This document shows, piece after piece, positions 1 to 27,376 of a stretch of 64,000 bases of DNA (the stretch's first letter is position 1; every line of letters starts with the position of its first letter). The translations under genes and the position numbers were made by a program. This DNA is from Amoebidium appalachense (lineage: Eukaryota; Protista; Ichthyosporea), in NCBI GenBank assembly GCA_963693365.1, contig CAVNZM010000002.1, forward strand, positions 4,356,259 to 4,420,258. Direction: 5' to 3'. A model generated the notes under the pieces. The model saw only the letters and a list, made by a program, of their open reading frames with translations. It had not been told where the DNA came from and did no database searches.

Positions 1-79
1 TCCAACCTCCCCCCCACCCTCCCACCCCCGACCCCCGACCCCCCCACCCCCCATCACCCCCACACACACACACACACAC

Positions 80-6088
<6,009 letters not shown>

Positions 6089-7136
6089 TTTCTCGTAACT
6101 GTACAAATGCACCCAGCCAGTTGGCGCAGATGGAGTGAGGTTTTTCTCCCTGTCCCCTGTCCTGTCCTATTGAGCTAGTACAGGCAATAGCTCTGCCCGA
6201 CGATGCATGTTCTCGACAAAAACAAAGACCCAACCCTGGAGGTGGGTCCGCACTCACGCCTACTCTCCTGTCAACGTCTGGACCAGGTAGATGTGCTTCA
6301 CAGAAAATGGTTGTTTGGTTGGGTGGTGGTGCCTAAATACCTCAGCCCTCGTACCAGCTATGTCCTAGACCCAAATTTTAACTGACCCAGACTTCGTCAA
6401 CAACGCCAACAACTACTAGCATATATGTGGTGATAGGTGCAAAGGTGACTGACCAGCGCCGGCGGAATCATATGAGTCGAAGAGCTCGCCGGAACTTTGG
6501 AGTGATGTGTGACTTTGGAAATGCCGGCGTTTGCGCAAACATTTGGCTCATTACTTACTAATCATACAGCGCTGTTTGTAACCTGTTTTGGCTATTTGCA
6601 TTGGTTAGCAGAATGCATGATCATGGTCGAATCAAGTGCGAATACCGTAACAGTTGAACAGCTGAGCTGCTGAGTGACTCTGTAGGCCCTGAGCTGCTGC
6701 TCAGAGGCCAGGTTGGGCGCCCAATAATAGCATGTGAGGCCACAGTTTGCGTTGATTCTTTGCACCTGACATAAAGAGATAGAAAACTTGAGGTGATGCA
6801 TATTTAATGGCGTATAGATCCTTCAAACCTTTTGGGTACGTTGTACCGTACGCATGCATTTGCATTTCGCTTTCTGCCCTAATTGAATAAGCCAATCGCT
6901 GCTGCAAAGGGCAGTTACAGTTTTGTCGGTTACATTTTAGCTGGTGCGCGTTCAGCCAACTGAATGAGAGAACTTAGTCATTTTGGATTGGCTTATTTTC
7001 CCGCCAAATCTTTAGCCTCGAAAACGGTGAGTCGGTGACGCGCCTTTTCACCACCTGCTGCATGCAAGCGGTGGGCTTTCAAACATTTGTTACTTTGGTT
7101 ATCCTTGCATTTTAAACTGCCTACCCAACTACGAAA
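6089..7136. promoter_or_regulatory. Candidate bidirectional promoter between SZT2 and RAD18
   Basis: Divergent start codons about 1.05 kb apart. The interval lacks the simple repeats that fill neighbouring introns and has CCAAT boxes (6892-6896; reverse 6987-6991). Confidence 0.6.
6996..7008 (+). promoter_or_regulatory. E2F-type site TTTTCCCGCCAAA
   Basis: Matches the TTTSSCGC consensus with the CAAA extension, about 130 bp upstream of the RAD18 ATG and next to a reverse CCAAT box. Confidence 0.55.
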
Positions 7137-14894
<7,758 letters not shown>

Positions 14895-15679
14895 ACCTGA
14901 TAGGGTTAGTGGTTTGCAGGCACATCTCTTACTGGGTTTTTAGGGTGGCCATGCATGATCACCTGTTGTGCACCATAGTATGGTTATGGTAATGTGTAAT
15001 GTGTATAGACGGCAGGTTGGGGCGCTGGTCGTATAGAAAACAATGGCAGACTGGAACTGCCAGCCTCCAGCACGTGTCTGGGACATGTGATTGGTAAAAG
15101 ACATGCAGATGCTACAAACATGATTATTTGCATGCATAGGTATGACATGTATTACATGAATCTCTACATACAAGCAGATATAGGAGTAGTGCACGATTAC
15201 AATAAATAGTCATGACGGTGTAACACTGTTGAAAATGTTGCATTGACAATTTTTATTGTTGCCCGGTCGGTCACATTGCTTATGCATAACAGGTAAATCA
15301 TGCACTCGACATGACATGTGTGCTTGTACGTGACACGCGACAGCGCTAACTATATGATAAATAGTGAGAGTCCAACGCTAGATAAAAGTAAAGGTACGCC
15401 CCACAACCCTTCGACGTCGAGTGCTGCGATACCAAATTACACGCACTAAGAATATCAATACTGAAAACATGGTGTCCACCCAGATCGACTTGGGCGGATT
15501 GCTGCCGAAAGGAGGAGCGCAGCGTGGGGGCGGTTTTTTTTTTTTTTTTTTTTTTTTCGGGGGGGGGGGGGGGAGGGGGGGGGGGGGGGGGGGGAGGGGA
15601 GGGATTGGATGATTGCCCAAATCATGGGTTGCAAACTCGACTATGTATCTAGCCTAATGATATGCAGGTGCACTAGCAC

Positions 15680-16178
15680 GTGCCTGTACATGTGTGCGGC
15701 TGTGTGTGGGTGTGTACATGTGTGCACATGGGTGGGTGTGTGGGTGGGTGTGTGGGTGTGTGTGTGTGGGTGGGTGGGTGGGTGGGTGGGTGGGTGGGTG
15801 GGTGGGTGGGTGGGTGTGGGTGTGGGTGGGTGTGGGTGTGGGGTTGTGTGTGTGTGGGTGTGGGTGTGTGTGGGTGTGTACATGTGTGCACATGTGTGTG
15901 TGGGTGGGTGGGTGGGTGGGTGGGTGGGTGGGTGGGTGGGTGTGTGGGTGGGTGTGTGTGTGTGTGTGTGTGTGGGTATTTGTGTGGGTGGGTGTGGGTG
16001 GGTGTGGGTGGGGGGGGGGGGGGGGTGGGTGTGTGTGTGTGTGGGTGTGTACATGTGTGCACATGTGTGTGTGTGGGTGGGTGGGTGGGTGGGTGTGGGT
16101 GTGTGGGTGGGTGGGTGGGTGGGTGGGTGGGTGGGTGGGTGTGGGTATGGGTGTGTGGGTGTGTGGGTGTGTGTGGGT

Positions 16179-16252
<74 letters not shown>
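15680..16252. repeat. Compound (GGGT)n/(GT)n satellite with a recurring GTGTACATGTGTGCACATG anchor
   Basis: The anchor appears three times (~15712, ~15876, ~16047), separated by GGGT/GT arrays. Confidence 0.85.
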
Positions 16253-16257
<5 letters not shown>

Positions 16258-16799
16258 ACCACTTCGTCACCCTGATGTTGTAGATTAAGCCGCAATATCC
16301 GCTAAAAAAAAAAGCTTCAATTAGTTGCCCCTCATGGCCAACACCCACACGAAAATATACACGGACACAAACGTGTGCACAACATCACTGTGACCTGCAC
16401 TACTATTCGTACTTGGGCGCGGAGGCTCTGACTCGCACTGTCGCTGATATCAGCACAGACACGTGTATGTACCCCCCCTCCCTCCCCCTCCCCCCCCCCC
16501 AACCACCCACCCGCCCACTTTCTTCAAAACATCGCACACACATGGGAACCACCACGACCGACACAACTGCCAAAAATTAAAACTATGGGCCAGCAAAAAA
16601 AAAAGAAGAAGAAGAAGAAGAAGAAGAAGAAGAAGAAGAAGAAGAAGAAACAGCAGCATGAGTATGCAATCTACCACTTGTTGAAATATGTATGTGTGAG
16701 AAGAATGGAAACAGTCTTTAGCCAAGTTAAACCCCACAAACGGACGATTTTTGCATTTCCGAAAACTTGTAAATACAATGCCCTTTTTCTTATAATCCT

Positions 16800-17770
16800 T
16801 TAGTCCAGATGCACCCAGAACCACAGTGTGTCGTCCACGACATACTGCCGCTGAGCATCAAGCAGGGTGCTGTGGCTGATGAACTCGGGCCAACCGTAGC
16901 CCTCCTCGTTGTCTGCTTGTGGCTGGTTGATCTCGATGAAAAAGGCCTTCGTGTCCGGTTGGTTTGCGGGTCCAGGGTGAGTGCTCTGTGGCTAAGTTGT
17001 GCACTATGATCGAGTAGCGTGATGGTTGCTTTTCGGTTGAAGGGCCACTGAAGAGAGTCATCCTGAGACCCAGCCTGTAAATCGAAATAGACGGATATGT
17101 ACTTCGTCTTGGTTTCTTCGTTCACACCATTGAAGTCTAGACAGACTTTAAAAGAGTACCCCGAAGGAAGAACTGCCAGCTGGGAGTACGTGTAGTCAAT
17201 CTCTGATGCCTGGTTAAATTTGTAGCGACATTGCCCGCACTGACCAATGCTCCTTGTGTGAGCCGTGCACACCCACGCCGGTCATCCGGGAAAAACACAC
17301 GGACAGGGAGCCTCTCTTTTAACATTTGGTGCCAACCCACCCAACCATCATCGTCAGCCGCTGTCTCGCCGTTGCCTTCAGAAATTGCCAAAATAATGTC
17401 CCGCCGGTGCACGCCCTTTGGCTAACCGACGATTTTCTTCTGCAAGAAGAAGAATATGTTCGGGCATAGAGGCAGAGAGGTGGGTTTGGATGTCCTTGCG
17501 GGCCACTTGGGCCGGACAGCCCCTGACGGGGCAGGGGAGAATGGTGTTGGGGCAGTCGGCGGTGCGGTGACTATCCAACTTATTACGGCCAAAACCCAGG
17601 CCGCAGCCACACGTAGTCTTGCAGGCAAAGGTCACATGAGCTGCATCGGGAAGCACAATTTATGTGTAACTTAGTGTCACAGTAACGGCCCAATGACATG
17701 ATTAATCGATTAATTAGGGCCAAACTAACCCTGATTTCTTTTCCAACCTCCCCGGGCCCCCCTTCCTCCC

Positions 17771-17809
<39 letters not shown>

Positions 17810-18021
17810 ACCACCACCACCACCACCACCACCACCACCACCACCACCACCACCACCACCACAATGAAGAATTCGAAGAAGAAGAAGAAGAAGAAGAAGA
17901 ATTCGAAGAAGAAGAAGAATTCGAAGAAGAAGAAGAAGAAGAAGAAGAAGAAGAATTCGAAGGAGGAGGAGGAGGAGGAGGAGGAGGAGGAGGAGGAGGA
18001 GGAGGAGGAGGAGGAGTAGGA

Positions 18022-18052
<31 letters not shown>

Positions 18053-18408
18053 AAGAAGAAAAAGAAGAAGAAGAAAAGAAAAGAAAAGAACGAAAAAGCA
18101 AAAGTAAAAAGTATCGAGGAAAAAAAAAAAAGAAAAAGAAAGGAAAAAAGAAAACGAGATCGCCCCCATCCCCCTCCCCCCCCCCCCCCCCTTCCTCCCC
18201 TCCTCCCCCCACCCCCCCTCGCGGGGAGCCCCACCCACTCCCCCTCCCCCCCCCCCTCCCCCCCCCCCCCCCCCCCCCCCAATCCCCATAACAAAAATAA
18301 ACATTTTCCTTCACTGACGGAATAGGAACCAGCCAAGATCATGTGGCCTTATAAATATGCTCTCTCCTCAGCATGCTCCTCCCTCGGTGTTATCCCACAA
18401 AATTTAAG

Positions 18409-18443
<35 letters not shown>

Positions 18444-18527
18444 CCCCCCCTTTCCCCCAACCCCTCCCCCGGGGCCCCAATACTTCCCCTTTCCGTGCCC
18501 TGCCTCCCTCTTCCCCTCCCCGCAACC

Positions 18528-18570
<43 letters not shown>

Positions 18571-19248
18571 ACCCTTCCCCTTTCCCCGGACTCTGTAAAA
18601 AAGTCACCGGGTCCGCCCGGTTTGGTTGCATAGGCAAACTTATACCCGGACGTTAGCGTTCATGACTTTATCACTACATACATATATCTCGCAAATGCAA
18701 GATTTAGTCCTATATCGATATCATGATAGGTTCTGAAACGCAAGCCCCACCTTTTAGGTTGGAGACTCTCAGCTCTTGGTCGCGCAGGTCGCACTTCACT
18801 TGACGGTACACGCACTCTCCATGGTGGCGTGCACAGTCTCGCCGCGCAAACGTCACACCCCACCCGTCGTTTAAACACGCCACTTTCTCCTACAGGCACG
18901 TGTTCATGTGCGCCTCAAGGTCCCCCAGTTCACACACCTCCATGCACCCGTCAGCTTGGTTGTGGAAGGGAATTTGCAACGATAAAAAGATGCGTGCGAA
19001 TGCCAAGTTGATGACTTGGGGGGTTTGACGCAGTCTCTCGGAGTCCAGGCTCGAGGGTTTCGTTGCACGTAGGGCATATCTTTTCGATAGCAAAGGCTCC
19101 GTTGATGCAGGGTGCACAGAAGATGTGGCTGTTCTTGCAGCCAAAAACCAGAGGATCCCGGGGAACATCGAGACAGATTGCACACTGCCACTTTTCGGCT
19201 GAGGGCTGGTGCACAAACCGCTCAATGTCGTAAGGCTTTGCCTGCCAT
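16800..19248 (-). pseudogene. TRAF-family pseudogene (RING, TRAF zinc fingers, coiled coil, MATH) with one intron (~17671-18750)
   Basis: RING CAICLDVPRDPLVFGCKNSHIFCAPCI..CPTC; ZnF GCMEVCELGDLEAHMNTCL*EKVAC and HRTADCPNTILPCPVRGCPAQVARKDIQTHL; MATH SGYSFKVCLDFNG..YISVYFDLQAGSQDDSLQWPFNRKATITLLDH, then in another frame GYGWPEFISHSTLL..YVVDDTLWFWVHLD*. In-frame TAG at 18890-18892, several frameshifts, and lost Zn-ligand cysteines. Confidence 0.85.
17760..18290. repeat. Compound microsatellite poly-C/(CAC)n/(GAA)n/(GGA)n inside the TRAF intron
   Basis: Directly visible. The (GAA)n array is punctuated four times by GAATTC. Confidence 0.9.
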
Positions 19249-21145
19249 TATGTTGAAGTGTTGCATCGATATATCTGATTCAGCTGTGCTAAGAAACTGT
19301 TCAATTGCAAGTGTTCGGTTTTTCCTGACATGCGTTTGTCTTCAGGATTGCACTGGCCGTTCTGATGGTAAGAAAAAAATACATACGCCGTAACTTCGGT
19401 ATTATGTGTATGTGGTGTGTTTTGTTCTTGCCAACCTTAAAACTAAAGGAAGCTTAGCCTAGTTGTGCGATGACCCCCGGAAGTAGCAGGCAATGAGTAA
19501 GAAGGGGGGAAGCATGCAGTAAATTGCTGAACGTCTAGCCTGGGTAATTGAATCATTCTTATACATTATTGTTTCCACGTAGTGTTACCGTGTGGTGCCC
19601 AGCACTTGATTCGCAGTGTGTGACCCTCATACACACGGTACGGTAGCAAAACAGCTGACACAGCCGCTACGTAGAATGCATGCCGTCTGCTGCACTCAAG
19701 TCTAAGGGCCGCGCCAGTAGCCACGTGCCCCCAGCGCTGGCCACGGACAAGGCTTGAGCTCAAATTTGGATATAATGCCCCAAAGGCTTCAGGCTCAGTC
19801 TGCCACGTTACCATTTAATTTTCTTAATGTAGTTCACGGTCCGAGTGTGCCTATGATCCCGTGACGGTGCTAAGATTGAGGGATAGTTGCAATTGCAACA
19901 TCTTAATAAAATGCACATTTTCTAAAACAAGCATGATATATACATAACAAGCATAGCTACTTGCAACTACTGTACCCTTCTAGAAACTTTGTCTAAGTAT
20001 ATGTCCGAGCTGTGCGGCTTTCTCAATGACATGTTGAGTGCCACATTTGCAAGTGCACAAGTTTTGTGTCACAAGTTATCGACTGCCCCATGTACATACA
20101 TAGCTTAATTAACTCCGAATTTTCCAACCTGTCGAGGATCATGCATTGTGTTGCCACAACACTGAGGTGATGATATGTGGAGGGGAGGGTGCACGTGGGC
20201 TTAACGCGTACATGTCCGACGTCGTGCAGCTTCCTCCCTACAATGTACATATACAATACCGATTTCACTTATTAAATAATAAAGACAAGCTTGCCTAGGC
20301 TCCTCCCCCTCCCCCCCCCCCCCCCACACACACACACCCCTCCCCCCCCTCCCCCCTCCCCCCCACATACCCCCCTCCCCCCCTCCCCCCCTTCCCCCCC
20401 CCCCCCCCCCCAAAAAAAAAAAAAAAAAAAAAGAAAAAAGAAAAAAAAAACGTAAAAACAACTTGAAAAATAACAACAATAATATTCAATAGTGCAAAAA
20501 AAATACTATTGCATCGATGGTGGGCAATAAGTATTAATATAAAAACATGCAAAAAATACTTATTTAAAAGGCCATGATGGTCCCCATATGCATCCCCCCC
20601 CCCCCCCCCCCTGCAGCCCCCCTCCCCCCTTTCCCCCCCCCCCCGGCCCTTAACCCACCCACCCACACCATGCACACACAACGCCGTCATGATCAGTACT
20701 ACAGTAGAGTGTGTCAGTGCATATGTATTGTACAGTGACCGTCAAGATTATGATACCCATTCAATTTGTCAACATTATTATACCGTGTAGGCCTGTTCTT
20801 ATTCCGAAGTCCCCTTTGTTCGGCCTGTTGAGGTCTCAGGACCTGGTCCTGCGCAGCATGCACTGCAGCTGGAAGGGCCGAAGCAACTTGTGGGCACTCC
20901 AACGTTAACGGTGATATGGCTGTACAGCAGCAGTGCTACAACCAACCGTTGAAGCAGAACTCTGGGTGAATAAATGATTTGAATTCGAACTAAGTCTTTG
21001 GAATTCAATAGAGTATTTCTGTTCCGGTTGATTTAGTTGTCAAACCACATGGTAAACTTTTCAGAATCTGCCGATCACCGATGGGGAAAATCTCCGTGTT
21101 AACGTTCTCTCTTTCTTTCTTTCCCAATTTTTTGGGGGGAGGAAA

Positions 21146-21206
<61 letters not shown>

Positions 21207-21209
<3 letters not shown>

Positions 21210-21356
21210 AAGGGGGGAGGCAGGGCCGGGATCCTCGGAGGAGGGGAGTGGACCAGCCGCGAAGGGCCACTGGGGCCAGGGGAAAGGGGGGAGGCAGGGC
21301 CGGGATCCTCGGAGGAGGGGAGTGGACCAGCCGCGAAGGGCCACTGGGGCCAGGGG
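21207..21356. repeat. 74-bp GC-rich tandem duplication between poly-G tracts
   Basis: Two copies of GGAAAGGGGGGAGGCAGGGCCGGGATCCTCGG...CCACTGGGGCCAGG. Confidence 0.9.
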
Positions 21357-21407
21357 AAGAGGGGGGCGGCCGGGGGGGCCCAGGCCAGCTGGGGGGCCCT
21401 GCTGGGG

Positions 21408-21449
<42 letters not shown>

Positions 21450-22358
21450 GGGGATATCTGGAGGAACACCGTACATGTCAGTTTGAAGTGACCGATGGGG
21501 TGGAGGAATACATAATTTGTTCTGCACATTATCTCATGGGCTCGATGTTTTTCCAAGCCCCGGGGGCAGGATGCAATTCCAGTGTCCGGGGGGATAATTA
21601 TATCAATTTGCCCAGAAACCTTTTCTCATTTCGCTCGCTCTATCATTGAATGGCATATATACCCAGCCTGTTTTTTCGGCTTGGTAAATGCTGGTAATAT
21701 CGATTTATGGTCACTTACAGCACCTTACGTGTATGCACCAAATCATCGTCAACAACATCTGAGCATCACTGAGTACTATGAAGAAAACTTCAGAAGTCGA
21801 CGTTTGGCCAAAAATGTACACAATCCAGGCATGGGCCAGCAGTAGCGCCCAGAATGTGCGTCCCGTTGCACCATACAGGCCACTCATATCAAGTTTTTAA
21901 ATAGGATATTTCCCATATAAGCTTGATGATTGGTGTATCTAAATAGAGTAAAGTTGCCGCCGCTGCAAGTCATGTACGTCGTTCGGCGGATTGCAGCGTA
22001 AGGAGCAAACACGAGTCGTTGCAGGGCTGTTCACTTGTCTGTGTGCCTGCTTTCACGTTGCTGTACATGGCGGGGAGTGCTGTGTAATAGCTATGAAAAA
22101 AGAGGGGAATATAGGATATAAAACGGTTGAATTGCCTTGCCTCTCAGTTGATATGTTAAGGTTACTGCTACTTGGTGCTAGTTCTGTTTTTCAAGTGTCC
22201 ACTCGCACTGAAACCTTTTAGTGTGTGACCTTCTTCGTTGCCCCAGACTGCAACGGGAACAGTGATATCTCTTACCAGCACAGCCAGTTAGGCTGGTCAC
22301 TGGCTTTCGAATCAGAGAAGCACAGAAATTATCATTACGCTCTGTGCTGCTTGCAAAC

Positions 22359-23582
22359 ATGGAGCTAGAGATACCCGTTATCAAAGCTGGTAGGTGGACC
22401 TGCGAAGAAAACCACACGCGTGCCTAGCCTGTCAACTTGTTGTACACAAACTACGCCTGTCGTTTGTGTACATTTTGTGCACATCAAACCATCCACCCTC
22501 ACTGGAAAGCTGATTACAGTTATGCACAAGAAGTAAGTTTTCAACTATTATGCCTTTTATTTTCATTTCTTTTGTAGGAGCCTGTAAGAGCTTCATTTTG
22601 TTCTTTCTTGATTCTTTATATTGAAATCCTCTTGTGTGTACCAATTTGCTCACATAGATTTACCTTACCTCACAGGGCCTCCAGAGGAATCACTTTGGCA
22701 GCTACGCTCTATGTGGGAGCTGGCTGCAACGGTGCATTTTCTCAGCATCTTCAAACCATTTCTGCATTTGGCACAGGGGTTCTCCGTAAAGGTGGAGGTA
22801 AGTTGCCCTCGTGTGCACATTTCTCCCCCCCCCCTCTCCCCCCCCCCCCCCCCCCCCCCCACCTTCCCCTTGTTCTCAAAACTTACATGCGATTGCTAGG
22901 ATATTGAGACTGCGCTGTGTGACCCCGAGTCCCTGCTTATGGCCGAGCTGCACGTCAAGCTGCTGAGGGCACTACTGCACCGTGACGACATAACATACAG
23001 CCACGAGATCGAGTCCAAGTATGTCCTTCAATCCCCGTGTCCTAGGCTCCTTTATGTTGTGGTGCATGTGGCCATGCTATAGCAGAATGGGGAAATGTGC
23101 ACACATTATAAAATTGCCACACCACAAGCTTTTGTTCTACACACTAGCATGTACATATAAGCAGCAGCTCGGTATTATGACTCACACTAAGTGTCCCGCT
23201 AGAGTCCACAGCAAGCTTATCACCACTGTTCTGTGGCAAGACATCCTTGTGGAGGTGCTTAAAGGTGAGTGCCCCGGACATGACCAGGTGTAGCGTTCAT
23301 AACGGCTGTTGATGTTCGCTGCCCCCCCCCCCCCCCCCCCCCCCCCCCTGCCCAGTGAACCCCGCGCCACCCCCACATTAAAAGCACACCCCCTCTCCCT
23401 CTCCTGCAATTACTTTTAGGACTTTGTTTACACGGTCCACCTTTCAGGATGGAAGTACGACCTCTCGTGTGCATGCATGCTTTACTGCATTTGCCAGCAC
23501 GGCTATACACTAGACGAAAGGCGGTGCGCAACCCAGGCTATACACCGTTATCCCCCGCTCCCCCCTCCCCCCCCCCCCCCCC

Positions 23583-23622
<40 letters not shown>

Positions 23623-26600
23623 TTCCCGAGTTCACACACACACACACACACACATACACACACACACGTGTGCCTACCAACCCATCCGCCCAGCACATCT
23701 AGTTCCCTCTCCGCTAGATGGTGATAAGTTGCCGAGCGCGCGGTGCTTATCGTGTAGCCATAGTGACGGCCACTCGCCATTAGCAGTGCTTAGCGAGCTC
23801 GGTTGTGGTGCTTACAAAACGTGTTAGAGCCTGTGGTAAGAGCGGTACCTTAGGTGATTCGGAAACTATGAGCTAACAATAACTAATGAGAGGACGTGTG
23901 GTGCAGAGAGAGGAGACAACTACAATCCTCTGGCTGAGGCTCTCTACGTGGAGATATCACTGCAAGATCGGGTATGGGCTGGTTACGGTTGCTTGTTTTG
24001 TGCTCTGCTGGTTGCCTCAGATCTGTTTGGTTTTTTTTCTGTGTATGGGGCCGCATGAGGAGGTCTAACAGCCTGTTCTTGCAGATGAAGATTCTTCATC
24101 TTCTCTGTGAGCTTCTGATGACAGGTGGGTGATAACCACTCCCCTGTGTGCTGTTATTAGTTAATCAGTTAGTGAAACGGTGCCAGATTGCATCGGCTTC
24201 CCAAAATACATCTATGCTTGCAGTGTGGTTCTAGCTGTGCCTTTGCTGGTGTTGGGCCCCTGCCAATTTCCTGGTAAACCGGGTTTAAGGTTGGCCGCAC
24301 ATACTGACCACACACATGCAGACGAGACCCTTCTGAACTTTGTGGAGGAGAAAGAGCTGGAAGCAGATGCTATGGTAAGTCCCTGTGTGTTTGTGCTTAG
24401 CTGACCATAATGTGGTGGTCTGGAAATGGGGATAATTGCCGTTTTGCATGTTTAAAATGTTGTTAACTGCATGTGTGTGTCCTCGAAAATGGGAACATCT
24501 GCATATGTGCTTTTTGGATAATGAGAATATCTGCTTGTGTGCTTACTGTCCTTGCCCAGAACGAGTATATCTGTCTGTGTGTGTGTGTCTGTTGCCCCAC
24601 ATTCGTGGCCGTACCAACTCCCAGTGTTTTTATGTGATGCACTTACACGAAAATTAAATAGTAGTGCCCAATTGGTTTGGTGTGCGCATGGGTGTGTTTG
24701 ATGCTTAGTTCCACGGGGATCCACCCACCCATATTTGTTTTGACATGTGCAGATGTGTGTGAGTGGTCGCGGGGGGGGGGGGGGGGGGGGGGGGAGGGGG
24801 TAGAACAACACATGTATTTAAGTATAAAGACCAGGACAACACCCACCTTGCCCTCCTATGAGCTGGATTGGAAACGAAGAACCAACACATGAACTACGTG
24901 TTGTCTGGCTATGGCCTCTGCCTGACTGGTACCATTTGCAGAGAGGGCGCAGCATAGGCACAGACAGCCACGGCAGCATATACTGGTACTTTGATGGTAT
25001 ACCCCCCCCCCCTCCCCCCCCCCCCCCCCCCCCCCGGCCGCCGCCCGGTGAATTTTGCATTTCTGTTTTGTGCTTGTCCGTGGTGACTGCTGTACACGCA
25101 TCGCAATGGAGGCCACATTCTATACATTTCTAATCTGTGGACTGGCAAGCGTCACGGTTGCTGCTCTGCCCAACCAAGTGATTGCTTGCGCATTAGACTT
25201 AACATACTTCTTAGTGCTGCATACCTAATGCCTACATATCCTGCTACATGCACACTCTTATGCTCATGTTGCTGGACCTAACATGGGCACACAGATCAGC
25301 GGCTGTACCGGGAGGTGCCGGTAGTGGAGGCCGGCAAGGGCCGCAAGGCCACCCCCACCCCCAAGAAGAGGCAACCGGGCAGGGCACCGTCACGGTCATC
25401 GGCACGGCGCAGGGGCAGGCAGGAAGAGGATGAGCCGTCAGACGATGTACGTGTTCCCTGCAGCCCTACGAGCATATTATGTCCAGGGGTGACGTGTGTT
25501 ACTTTATCTAAATACCTTAAATTTTTCAATAATACGATTCAACTTTTTTTTGCATGGTACGATACGTTTCCGACCATGGTATGTGGATAGTGTGCATGGT
25601 AATGATGCTTCATAGAATAATGTCCGGAAATACCAATTCAGCCCATAGGAAAATTCATATACTGAAAAATTACTCTCCAAATTTCGTGAATTTTCGGCCC
25701 TGTTTATATCCCGCTGCAGCAGGAGTGCAATTTCTCTGTAGTTTGTTTTAATATATGCCCCTGGTATTCAGTCCTTCTATATCGTTTCTGCGAGAATGCA
25801 GTTTTTCACCCATGCAAATGTTCCAAGTCTTCCTGTTGAGGGCATGCAATCAATTCCCACTGCCTGCTGCATATCACCGTGAGATTCTAAGGCTGGGCAG
25901 GGACATTTTGCCGATGCTTTTTGGGTGTGTACTGACGGACACGTTTGGGGGCAGGAGGGGGCAGCACCCAATGGGGTGGACACACCCCGGCCGGTGGACT
26001 TTACGGTGGTCAGGCCGGAAACGGCACAGTGGCCCCACCTGGTCGTCAAGAAGAAATACCAGGTGCGAGCAATGTGGGGAGAGGGAGGAGGAGGAGAGTG
26101 GGGGGGGGGGGGGGGGGGGGGGAGATGCATGGGTGTCTTTTCGGGGGGGGGGGGGGGGGGAGGGGAGGGGGGGATGGTGTGTGGCAAGGTGGGGTAGTGC
26201 TGGTAGGTGGTGGGTGGAGGCGATCGTGGTAAGGGAGGGTAATTGGGTGAGGTGGGTGTGTGTGTGGGGGGGGGGAGGGGGGGGGGGGGAAGTGGGAATG
26301 TATAAGTTTTGGTGTGTGGGTGTGGGGAGGAGGGGGGTCTTTTTTGTGTGTGTGTGTTTTGGGGGGAGGGGGGGAGGGGGGAGGGGGCTGGGGAAGGCGG
26401 GGGTATGAAACGTAGTGTGTGGGTGGGTGCGAGTGTGTGGTTAAGTGCAAAAGGTGTGTGTGTATGTGTGTGCATGTGCGGACAATGTAGTGGATTGTGG
26501 GAAGAGTGCAAGCCAGTATATGATGTTGCCTGTGGGGTTGGTGTGTGTGTGTGTTTGGGGGGGGAGAGGTGTGGGGGGGTTGGTTGGTTCTGACTGTGGG

Positions 26601-27110
26601 GTGAGGGCAGTGGGAAACCGTGTGTGTGACGTCACGAGATTGGGAGGCCATAGTGGCATGGCTGGCAAATCCAAAGGGTCAACACGAGACTGATCTGGCA
26701 AGGTGCAGACCTCCCCCCCCCCCCCCCCCATGCAACCGGGCATGGTTGCTCTGTGTCGTGCATCTGTAAGCACACGCGTTTGTCGCTGCACTGCATTAGT
26801 TTGCACACACATCTTCACCGTTTTGCTCACCTTGCTTGCATAAGCAACCCTGCTCGTCTTTGATCAAGACGGGTTGACCCACCCAAGTTCAGTTGATGCT
26901 GCTGTCTGAGTTGGAGCGTCGTATATACGCGGGCTAAGGGGTCGAAACTCAGACGCAATTGATGACTTGGGCCCTCCCTGAGGATGGGCTCTGCTTATGA
27001 CGCATACTGTGCGCATGGCTGATGCTGCATAGTTGAATGTTTGCCTTTGCATGTGTCCTGCACCATGCTTCTCATCGTGTATGCGTACTTCGTACTGTGT
27101 TCCGCATTCA

Positions 27111-27159
<49 letters not shown>

Positions 27160-27334
27160 AAGCATAGGCTGTACTCACTGCACACCATCTGACCTTTTTT
27201 CCTTATGTCCTTTTTATAGTTCCTCGGACCCCCTCCCCCCCGCTCCCCGCCCGGGGACCCCCCTCCTCCTCCATGACACACACACACAGACACACACACA
27301 CGCACACACATCTGTCTACGCACACACACGCACG

Positions 27335-27376
<42 letters not shown>

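Noticed and set aside
15382-15530. STQIDLGGLLPKG resembling a START-domain C-terminus
   Set aside because: It is an isolated short match with no supporting exons or splice structure.
20760-20960. GC-balanced, coding-looking patch between the TRAF pseudogene and the DDT gene
   Set aside because: No frame gives a recognisable protein and there are no linked exons.
26935-26975. GAAA...TGATGA as a hammerhead ribozyme core, and GACTTGGGCCCTCC as an 18S rRNA guide
   Set aside because: There is no CUGAUGA and the spacing is too short for the stems. The rRNA complementarity breaks after 7 bp and the boxes are not kept in the other copies.
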